Source: Mizuhopecten yessoensis
Taxonomy: Eukaryota
Direction of reading: 5' to 3'
NCBI RefSeq assembly: GCF_002113885.1
Contig: NW_018480070.1
Coordinates: 248,001-312,000 of the forward strand
Length of the DNA stretch: 64,000 bases
Position 1 is the first letter of the stretch; each line of letters begins with the position of its first letter. Positions 50,616 to 61,738 of the stretch are shown in pieces. Both the position numbers and the translations under genes were made by a program. The notes beneath the pieces are model-generated. The model saw nothing but the letters and a program-made list of their open reading frames with translations, was not told where the DNA came from and did not search any database.

Positions 50616-52449
50616 ATATATAAAAACAAAGAAACAAAGAAAGTAATATTTTAGAACGTTGACAGTGAAATGCACATACTGTGTACCGGACAATTTTCGC
50701 CACAGTTTAATTTTCGCCTTTTTCGCCCTCCGTAATAAGGGTGAATTTATCATGAGAGCTAATATTAGACTACATCATACCATTTATATTAAATTCATAT
50801 GAAAGGCGAAATATACACCTGGCGAATGTTTGACTGAGCGAAAGGTACCCGCTATACAGTATCATTTATTTCTATGGTGTTACATACTACTATTGACCAT
50901 TGTTATTAATCGTTGAATATTTGAAGAAAAGCTTTGTCAGGCCCAGCATCAATACATTTGTAGATCAAAAATACATATATTTTAGTTGCAAGGCGTTGCA
51001 TCACTAAGTGTTACGCATTAACACAGTTTTCAAATGAATGAAAGGTCTAGTATCAGTATTTGTAAAATGACATTTTCTTTCGACGAATTGTGTTCAAATG
51101 AAATCATAAATCGGGATGGAAGGGTGAAAATCAACGAACGTAAAAAGAGTGATAATGTTTGAAACTATGCCTATTATGTACAATGCAAAAATGGGGGAAT
51201 GAAAGAGGACCGGTTAAGAAATACATCGAATAAACTAATACATAACCGGCTAACAAGTTAACCCATTACACTGATACAGAACCGGCTAACAAGTATACAT
51301 ATTTCACATATACAGGACCGACTAATAGGTTAACCTATTACAATGCTTCAGAATAAATATATACTAATAAATGCATTAAAATCAGAAAATACGATGACAT
51401 TAGCATGTTGCCACATTACCAACTTTCAGTTTTTATAATTTCCTGTTTACTGGTCATAATAATCGTTTATTTGAATTACCGTATTCTGGTTTGATGCCTG
51501 TATTTAATGTATTAAAATAAAACAATGTATTATTGCAAGATGATAATCTACCGTATTTACCCAGAATGTAGTATAACTGTCAATCATTGATTGAAATTGC
51601 ATGTAGTATAGTGTATTATACCATAAAGTACATTAAAGCGCATCTCATTATTCTATAAGATACATGTACCATATTGTTTAATACTTTAAAATACTTTAAC
51701 ACAATGAAATATTCTATAGAAACCTGAACCATATTGTATTCACTACAACATACATGAACCGCAATGTATTATACTATACTATACGTGTACTGCATTGAAT
51801 TTAACACTAATTTTATACATTCTTATAATGTGTATCGACTATACTAGTAGTAATACTTTAGTTAGCATGATACAGTATCCAATTCTAAAGAATTGACAAA
51901 TTATTCTTATAAACCACGACCTGTGTCTATCATTGGCTATCATTGTCATTAGCTCAAATTTAATTTTAAAAAAAATAGAAATCGTAATTTCACGCACATG
52001 ACGTTTAAGACATTGTTAACAATATGGACGTCTATTTACGTTTGTTTCGAACATTCTTTTATATATCAAAACACATCAGAGAGTAGAAAGTGAGTGTAGG
52101 AAAACGTCCATATTTAATTGCTTTTAAATATATAGACCGAGTTTGGTAGAGTGTCATTGATCTATAGTTTAAAAACACACATATGCATTTTTCACATACA
52201 GCGAGTTGGTAACAGTCAGGAGCACTAAATTCCTGTTTTTAAAGACATAGCATAATGGCGTTTCCCTTGGATTCCATTGAAACTTTAGGACCCTCCCCCT
52301 TTCAATTCATCCATTCAGATTTATAGAGACAGTTGTCAAGTAATCGGAGTATACACAACACAGCCGTATAAATTCGATTCTTTTTTCATTGTTCATTACT
52401 TGTAGTCATTCTCTTTATCTGTGCGGATAAGACGACAGTATATCCAGCC

Positions 52450-53832
52450 ATGGAGGAACAATCCCCAGTCGATCTGGAGAACAGAGATATCAACTCTCTT
52501 AATTCATCTATACAGGTATGTATCATTTGTTATGATTTGGTTTAATTAAATGTATACTACTAAAAGTAAATATCATTACATTTTTGGCGGATGAATATCG
52601 AATTCTATCACTTGATCAAAACGATATCTTTTATCCAGGAGTTATATTAAAAGTGATATTTTTACAGTGTGAATATATCACCTATACAAACTCACTAATC
52701 AGAACGGCACTTTCAATTCACTTCATTCAATACTGCAGATTTTCTGTTCAGATACAGATGAAATGATGGTAAAATAAATAGTTGTTTTTTATACTTCTTA
52801 GTTAGACTTACGAAGGAATTAATTTACCTTTATAACTTTAACCATTTATTATATAAATCTCATCAAATAATAACACGAAACTGTAGAATTTTGTCGAGTG
52901 GCTCTTTCACAACTACATGCAACCTTGTTGTCAAGCATGACGTCATTAGAACATGGCGGCAAAGTAGCGCAGTCATGTCTCAAAATATTTTGATACAATT
53001 ACATTTTCGTCGTTGTAGGTAGTTTAAAAATGGTATTAATATAGACATTTAATTTTTTTTGCGTTTATTATTAGTATATATATATATATATATATATGTT
53101 TCAATCATTTGGCAGAATAAACCGATATTTTCACTCATGAAAAAATTAAGTATTTTGCTATAATCGAAAACTATATATGTGATAATCAACTGAATATCCT
53201 GTATTTATCTTCCTATGGCAATCTTTATGGAATGGTTTAAAGTTTTACAGTGGTTTAAAGAGTGGTGTTGATTTGCATTTGGAAATGCTAGGGACACATA
53301 CTAGTGAACTGCTTAATACCATACCACAAGAACGATTAATTTAAGTTGATAAAACTTGTTCTTTCTTTGTTGTTAAAGAAGATACAAAAAGTAAATGACT
53401 TGCACCAGGGGATACGAAAACACACGAATTTGTGCATTGTTAGGATGTCCTTTCTATTTATATCACATTTAATTTTTATTTAATTCGTTGTTTTAATAGG
53501 TTGCCTTTGAAGATGTTTTGGGAGAACCAGATACGACACATAGTATCGACTGTGTCTGGAAAAACAGCTACTCATGTTTCAATTGTGGAAAGAATTGTTG
53601 CTACAAGTTCATGAGTACGCTGTGTGGTATTTGTATCGCGCTTTACTGGGGATGCGAGTTCGCCATGATCACGTTTCAGATGGTGTGGTGCTGTACACCC
53701 TCTCTCAAAGTCCATACCATCATGCTCGGCATTTGCCAACGTTTCTTCGGATCATGTATCCAGTGCTGCCTTGCTCCTCTCTGTGAAACCATGGGATTAT
53801 GTTTCAGTAACATTACTATAACAAAGAAATGA
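52450..53832 (+). CDS. Caveolin G (132 aa); join(52450..52515,53500..53832)
   Basis: Exon 1 identical to F; exon 2 (333 bp) ends FSNITITKK*; unique 3' UTR with AATAAA at 54135. Confidence 0.95.
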
Positions 53833-54909
53833 TTCTAAAAATTATATTAAAACTGTGCTGACACGACCCTCCAAATCGTCGAGATTCCAAAGTCATCTGA
53901 ACGCTTTCTACCTCTAAGATGTTCATCATTATAGAATATCCGTGTCATTTAAACTTAAACGAAGACATCATCGGATTTTACACCTAGAGGACATGGGATA
54001 TCCTTTTACGGAGGACAGTAATCGAATGACTGTCAGTAAAAATTCTTGAGATCTGTGATATAGTACATATTTTGCTCAATTTATTTATTTATTTCTACTT
54101 AAAATGTGCAAATGTACCTCACTTTACAATGTTCAATAAATTTTTCATCATTTCTTAATATGTGTTAAATATTCTCTTTATAAGTTATTAATATCTTCTA
54201 AAGAACAATTTCCTCATAGGAAAAGATGTTACAAAATGTTGGAGACGTTTTTGTGATTAAACACGTTATTTCCTTTACATTAATATTCCGGTATGAATTA
54301 TTATAGTTGTGCTTAGTTCAATTTCACATCTTAAACTGTGAAGTTATTTTTTAAGTTGCTGATATAAAAAGGAAAAATTCATCATTGGAATGCGTAAACA
54401 TAGTATAAGTATCTGTAATCATCAAATGAAATATACACAGCGGTGTTCATTTCAATTGGAACATTTATTTATATTGGTTTGAGCAATTACGTAATATATA
54501 TATGAACAGACACAATGAACCTATTACACTGATGCACTTGCATTGTAGACAAACAAATCATTACATTGGTAAGGGTGAGGTATGTTGCTTTCGACGTTTA
54601 TGATCATTTTCGATATGCAATATTATGTTACAAAATTGACATTGTATTTTAACACAATGGTATTATCTAAGGAAACAAATATTCAAACAATGTTTAAATA
54701 ATTTAGAGCATTTAAAATGTAAATAAGAACAAAACACGTGTGGTGAATATGTGCCATCTAGAATAACAGTAACTATTGGTTACTCGCAAATCAAACAAGA
54801 TCAACTTCCTACCACCTGAGAGTTAATTGTAGGATCTTGATCAACTAAACAATTGTCAAAACAGTATCATACTAACAACGAATCATAGTTGAACTGACTT
54901 CAGATGTAT

Positions 54910-54990
54910 TATTAATAAATAATAATATACAACCATTGATATAGCGCCCTTACTAGCTAGAATGAGCTGCCCTAGAGCGCTTTACAGTAC
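54910..54990 (-). mobile_element. Short L2-like 3'-end remnant
   Basis: TATAGCGCCCTT...TAGAGCGCTTTACA preceded by (TAA)n, like the L2 tail at 39395-39470. Confidence 0.5.
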
Positions 54991-55049
54991 ATACAAATAA
55001 TCATTAACAATATAACGTCAACATTTAAGTAATGACATTTCCTGAATTT

Positions 55050-55472
55050 AATCAATATAGAAATTTCTCTCTGTTTTGAGTTTGCAAGATATAGCTGTCA
55101 AGGGTGAAAAAGGAGTGAAGGACATTTTTATATTACACCCCATTTCACGTGACGTGACGTCACAATGGCTCAACGATGACGTGAAGTCACGAATAATGAG
55201 ATTCTTAATGCGTTTTCGTCTAAAAAGGCTTAGGGGTAAAGTTGATATTTTCAAAATGGTAATCAGTCAAAACGCATTTTCATGGTTTCTGAGCTTATTC
55301 TGGTATTTGGAATAAAAGAAAAATACACTTTCATGACCAAGGGTGTTGGAAAGGGAAATTCCACCCTCGGGATTTTCAAATTTGGCAAAGCCTCCGGTTT
55401 TACCAAATTTGAAAACCCCTCGGGTGGAATTTCCCTACCCTATATCCCTAAGCATGAAAGAGTCTTATAATT
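55050..55472. mobile_element. Probable non-autonomous DNA element containing an 85-bp hairpin (55352..55436)
   Basis: The hairpin AGGGAAATTCCACCC..TTTTCAAATTTGG / CCAAATTTGAAAA..GGGTGGAATTTCCCT is seen directly; element limits are approximate. Confidence 0.5.
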
Positions 55473-56004
55473 ATACTGGTACCTTTTCCCGATATAAAAA
55501 GTTAATATAGATGAAAATTGTTTGGTGTTGTGTCGAAATAAAGATGTTGATTAATATAAACAACTAAAACGTCAAGGGTTCAAAGCCTCATTAGCTAACG
55601 ACAACTTAAATTCACACTTAACTTGTATGTATAAGTATTCAAATGGTCATCCCATGATAACTGACACAGTTTGTAATTTTTGAGACAGTTCAAAAATATC
55701 ACATTTTGAAAATTTGAGTTACGGCATGTTAAGCTGATCATCATTTAAACAACCGGACCCAGGTCTCAGAATATCGTGATGTCGTATGCATATTATTGAT
55801 TTTTAAGTATCGATAGTTGTGATGGACATGTCTCACTAAGAAAATGTTTTAAAATCAAAATCATTAATAAAACAAAATAATCCAGGTTTGATGGACTAAA
55901 TTAAAAAACAAAGTATACATTGATCTGTACACTCACATTTTGAAAAAGAGTGATTCCAATACAAGTTGTGTTGCACAATGAAATGTGTAGCACAGGATGA
56001 CGAG

Positions 56005-56170
56005 GTCCGCCTCGTCGGATGGCGCAGTGGATAGCGCACTCGCTTTTCAAAAAGAAGCCGAAGTTTGACTTCCGATCGGACTTGGATAAACAGCCCACAG
56101 CGTAGTACTTTGGTTTCTGGTCATAGTAAGAACCCACTGCGCGCTTCCATCCGGGACATCAAAAGTGATC
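56005..56170 (+). mobile_element. Degenerate tRNA-headed SINE
   Basis: GATGGCGCAGTGGATAGCGCACTCGCTTTTCA resembles the head of the SINE at 8.1 kb; B box decayed. Confidence 0.5.
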
Positions 56171-57864
56171 GGTTTATATTATGACTTGTTTAAGCAAGTC
56201 ATATTGTCAATTAATGAACTCTATAGGTAGCTTTAATGGTATTCAGAAGCCATAATTTGCATTTTTACATTATCTATGTTTTACATCATCTATGTTTTTT
56301 TCTCATTCGTCTCCGCCTATATTTAAGTAGGTACCCTAATTATATATAATAAATAATAATAAAAAAAACACCTGCCAATGACTGCACGACGATGCGACGA
56401 TTACAATACAACCAATAGGTGTAACGACCTGTCACAATGAATACCACCGCAAACCTATCATACGAGATCCGCCACTAAATTACACGACGAAGCGTGCCGC
56501 TTGGGTACAATAGATATGAAAGAGAAAAAGTCCAACAATGTTAAACAGAACAATAGCACACCTGTGTTTATAATCATAATCCTACCTTCAAGTTTGTTTA
56601 CATAAATCACAAAAATACCTAATCCCACACAACAGCCTCAATCATAAAATACGGTATATCCTCTAAAATGTTTTATCGAAAATGCTTATCTTTGACGACA
56701 AGTCTTACACACAAATCGAAATCTACATGTATATAATCTGATAACAATGAAAACGAAAAAACAATTCTTTTGACAACTTTAAGAAACTACAGCTATGCAT
56801 CCTTTTCTCGATGTAAATGATTTCTCTGACAACTGTTTTGGCGGAGACAAGCTACATGTGTTGATCCGGAATTAATTGTGACGTCACAATTAGTACGATT
56901 GAATGAAGTAAAATTTTAAATATACCTGATTATTTTAATTTTACGGTAAGATTCATTCTCGAATGACTAAGCCTTGAAAAAAGCTCCTCTTTGGTGAGAG
57001 ATTGTGTGTATTCTTGTGAAAAACAGGTATTTAAAACAGAACAAAATATGTCTTTGTTATCTCTTCTATATGAACATGTATTGAAAAGACCATTAAAGGT
57101 AAGCTCAGTCAGGTAATGTCAAACACCACATTGATTGTAAGCTGATACCATGCATGGGTGAAGTAACATCAGTACAGGGAGTTGGCCTACCGACTGATAT
57201 TCTGAATATATGAATTGCGCTACTTCCTGTATCTGAACTGTTTTCTAGTCTGCCCTTCTGTACAGGTGAGTTACCTCCTTGCGATGGAAACTGTGGTAAA
57301 TCACATCATCAATGTGCTATTAATCGAATCTCAAAATCATTTAACTAATTTGAAACTGATGAAGTACTTTAAAGCTTAAGTTTCATTGTTTTCCGTTTTA
57401 CTTTGTACTACTTAGCACTGTTCATTGTTCCTTTGTAGCATTCATCATTCACCTAGCACGCACATGTAATTTGATCACGTATTTTCATATAAAGCATATT
57501 TACCCTATCATTTAACATCGATCTGTCTTTAATTGTACATAACTCACACAATAAACGTTATTTAAAACCTTACAAACTAATTCGTAAATACATCATTGTG
57601 CACGGTTTCATTTTTTTCGACATCAATACACACTTTTGTGCATTAAACATTCAATTTATGGCAAATGCATCATATACAAATTTCCTTGAGAAAGCTATGT
57701 GTTTACGCGATATCGATGCATTGATAACAATACTTCATTGTTCTCGATTAGTTTGTGTACCCCAGTGTATTGATACAGGGCGTTGGGGTTGGGTACACAT
57801 AAGTTATAGAATAAAACCTCTGTTCACATCCTCAAACCATGAACATTGGTAGCCATGGCAAAAG

Positions 57865-57871
57865 TATAAAA
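57865..57871 (+). promoter_or_regulatory. Candidate TATA box of caveolin H
   Basis: TATAAAA 68 bp upstream of the ATG. Confidence 0.45.
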
Positions 57872-57932
57872 TGGGGAAGAAATATAGCAACAATAGCCAG
57901 TCTAAGAAAACAGTTCTGAGGATTAACTCACC

Positions 57933-59994
57933 ATGGCAGAACAAGAAATGATTGTTGATGTGGTAAAAAGGGACCCGAATGAGATTAATGCTGCTATACA
58001 AGTAAGTTGTGCCAATTTATTTCTGTCTTTACCGCATATTGCAATTATAACAACTTGGCATGTATGGTTTTATTCAAACTTCCATTTATCACCGAGCTAA
58101 AATGTATATTTGTTAATTTCTAATAAAATGTACCACTAAGGAAGAGTCCGGAATTAACGCAAAACATATATCTGATTGAAAACTATATAAGCTCAGGGCA
58201 ATAAAATATCAAGTGAATAGAAAGCGTTTACATCAGATAAACGTGATCATCAATTAGTTTAAATTGAGCAAAGGACTTGGGGCGTTATGGGTCATTTTTG
58301 GCCTCATAAAGAAATTAAAATTTCAACATAAATGTATTTACCAATTTCTGTTATAAACATCATATTAGTTAATTGGGGCTATCTTTCTTGGTTGTATATG
58401 TTTTCCAATGCGCATGCGTAGATGCCCTATCATAGCAACGAAATTGCGTTGCTATGCAGAAATAGCCAAACTATGGTGTTTTTTGGACAGTAAGCATGCA
58501 GAAAGTAAAGCCTCCGCATGTGACAAACAAAATTTCCTTTCTACGAATGAACACTGGTATGAAAATGTTTAAGCATGTCAAATATCAATTTGTTTATTGC
58601 ATACGGAGGTCTTTCAAAAATTTAAAAGTGTTTAGTTAATTTCCTTCAAAATGGTCAATTTTCAACTAAATAACGCAAAAAAGACGATATTCACGCATTT
58701 TATTATGAAAATGATGGGGTTTTGTGTCTCTTTGTAATGCCATTTCTCTTAAACTGGTTGTCGAATGAGTTTGATATCTCATATTTACTCCAAATTACGA
58801 ATATAACAACAAATTCCAAATCCCCAATGTGGCCGTAAATTACCTTCAACGCCCCTAGTCCATTATTTACTTTTAGATTTTTAGCTCAATGGAAGAAAAG
58901 CCTAGACTATGTACATATCCACTAAAAATCGAAATCGTAATTAAAAATGATTAGTAATAAGTATCCACTTTATATTAGACATTCATCTTTATAACCCTAT
59001 ACGTAGTGTTGTCCTAGTTTACAGTGTGCTATATGCGCAACCAAACAATTGATGATGGTTCAAACAAAGGATACAGCCTCAGAACACGTATTAATAGCAA
59101 ATGGTAGAGTATCCCTTTTGAAGTAATTATTTTTGCCAATTAATGAAATTTACGAATTTACATGAGCAATGATAGCTCAGTGTGAAAAGAGCTAAAGCTG
59201 GGTTGGAAGCTCACACATGACGTTACAGCTCACACAACAAAGCTGAAGTTTATAAAACCAAGCAATAGTTGCTATGAAACCTAATAAAACAAAATCAGAA
59301 AATCAGCGGTTAGTATGGTATCTAACAAGACAAAGTTACAGTAAAATATATGATTTTGGGGGTTTTTTCATTCTTTTTTTACTTGGTATAACTATGGCTA
59401 TATATTTAACCAAACATCGCTGGTATATTTCACTAAGTTGGATGAATACTTTATTTTATAAAATCTTTCGATGCGTCATCCTACTTTTTTACTGATTGGG
59501 TAAAACATCACGTATAGTTGTTTAAAAAACATAACATCTTGCAATTTTGTTCTGAAATTAGAAAATGTTGACATCAGTTTCACCATGATACCTTTTTTCC
59601 ACAGCGAAAATGTCACTGTCTTTATCAAAAGAATATTCACAGTGATCAAATTTAATTTCAGACGAACTTCGAAGACGTTCTTGCTGAACCAGATGGTACA
59701 CACAGCTTTGATTTTATCTGGAAGTACAGTTACGTGTGTTTCAATGGAGGAAAAAACTGTTGCTATAAGTTTCTGAGCACATTATGTGGTTTGTGCATGG
59801 CGCTATTCTGGGGATGTGAGTTCGCAGTGATCACGTTTGAGATGGTGTGGTGCTACACGCCGTTACTGAAAGTCTACACGATTTCTATGGGACTCCAGCA
59901 GAAGTTCTTCGCCGTTTGTATCAACTGTTGTTTGGCTCCTATTTGTCAGACTTTTGGAATGTTCTTCAGTAACATTAACGTTAAGAATGGTTAG
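57933..59994 (+). CDS. Caveolin H (133 aa); join(57933..58001,59662..59994)
   Basis: Exon 1 MAEQEMIVDVVKRDPNEINAAIQ|GTAAGT; exon 2 (333 bp) TNFEDVLAEPDGTHSFDFIWKYSY...FSNINVKNG*; AATAAA at 60230. Confidence 0.95.
58273..58861. mobile_element. ~590-bp TIR element in the caveolin H intron (possibly Kolobok-type)
   Basis: GGACTTGGGGCGTTATGGGTCATTTTTGGCCTCAT ... ATGTGGCCGTAAATTACCTTCAACGCCCCTAGTCC. Confidence 0.7.
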
Positions 59995-61523
59995 AGAAGA
60001 AACGGAACGAAGATACACTATTCACATGGTACTTCCTTGTTCGAACTGAGCACAGTGTTGCTGATAGTTACATTTCTGGCTTGGAAGAAGATATCAAGAA
60101 CAGTCCAAATGAGATTATTTCTGGTCGTATATTACCGAATATAAAACACAGTGTGCTTCTGTGACATTTGATTATGTAATTGATAAGTTCCAACATCATG
60201 CATTTGATTCTATATGTCCAGCTTACAGAAATAAACCACATTTTTATGAGTTTACTTTCGCGTCAGTTTTGTTGATATATGTTTTCACTTTTTGAGGTGA
60301 CTACACAGTCTGCACAAAGCAATGTATGCTTCTAATAGTTACACTACAGACATATCAATCTGTCATCGCACAAAACGCAAATCTTTCTTTTCTTTTCTTA
60401 TTTTTAACCAAAAATAAAAACACGAGAAAATATACTACGTTAATCAGTGGTCTTAATTGTTACCGTCTGATGAAGGCAGCGGTAAGGGTCATTGACAGCC
60501 ATTGTTGTTGGATATTATTTCGTCGGCCTATCCAACTCACATTCGTAATGGGACTTCTTTACACATTTTAAACTATTTTTGTACTGAAAATAACAAAACC
60601 ACTTCTGCCGGACGAGTGTTCGGAATTACTTAAATATATAGTGTCTAATATCAGACATAAGACATATTCAACAGGTAGCTCTTACATTTGACCTTCGAAT
60701 ACACCTTTGTATATAAAACATTATTTTAAGCACAGAAACACAACTTAAGTGACGAAAGAACTAGGACTCGTGCCCTGTCCGAGCCTCGAACTCAAGACCG
60801 ACAGGGCCAAGTCGCCTAGCCTAGAATATTTGCAGCGAAACCATCTCGACCTTCTTCTAACCGTTGTTCCAAATTTGCCATTGGTTTTCGACACTAACAG
60901 TGTATTTCTCGTCGATTCCATTTCAGCATTTTTGTTTAATCATTGTATTTATTTTTTTGTCAGTAAAAATTAATAGCTAGACTCGGTACACATGAAACAT
61001 GGCTGCATAATTACAGGAAACTACAGTACGATGAACAAATGATGATTAAAACATGCTATGGTATGCTAAAGATGTGTATTGAACTAATTGTTAGTCTCAT
61101 CAAACGAGTCTATTTAGAACATTTAAAATATTAGAAATGTAATAGTTATTAGAAATATTCATGAGATACATCGTTTGTTAACGACAATAACTAGTATGCC
61201 AATTTACATTATGATACTGCAGTGATTGAGGAGTAATGAAGATAAAACGACCGGAAGTAATATTTACTTGAGGATCGTGTCTTCTGCAAATATAAGTCTG
61301 TTTGAAATGACAATGCTGGAATACATGTTAATCTAATTTTAGAATAAAAATGCTAGTATTTCCTGTCATGTTAGATTTAATTTCAAGCGCACTAGAACAA
61401 ACATTTTGTGTCATGCTTTGCAGGTGGTTCATGTAATACCATCATTTTTCAGAAGCGTCAATTCCCTTTATCATTGCGTATCGATTTTCAGTCTAGAATT
61501 TGTACTTGGGGATTGAATCGTAG

Positions 61524-61738
61524 TATACTGTAAACTTACTTATTTTAACGGACTCAATTTTTAGTGTATTATCAAAGTTAAACATAAAAGCGCATTGATA
61601 AATTGGCACACTCATAACATATACAATAAGAAATTATAAACAGAAACTTAAATTGCGAAATCATAATTAAGCGCAATATCTAGAGCGCGAAATTTGCGAA
61701 AATCAGAATACCTCTAAAATATGTATGTTTACAGTATA
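61524..61738. mobile_element. MITE with 24-bp TIRs and TA ends
   Basis: TATACTGTAAACTTACTTATTTTA vs TAAAATATGTATGTTTACAGTATA (22/24 complementary). Confidence 0.8.

Larger units (their letters stand above)
44666..53708 (+). repeat. Near-identical tandem segmental duplication, unit 4475-4488 bp
   Basis: Offset is 4475 (ORF 45440 vs 49915; ATG 47975 vs 52450) and becomes 4488 after three intronic indels (14 bp, 1 bp poly-T, 2 bp TA). One substitution was noted (47831 A vs 52306 T). Confidence 0.97.

Noticed and set aside
44525-53786. Alternative-frame and antisense ORFs over caveolin exon 2 (MLQLWKELLLQ..., MANAEHDG...)
   Set aside because: Shadow frames of the real exons.
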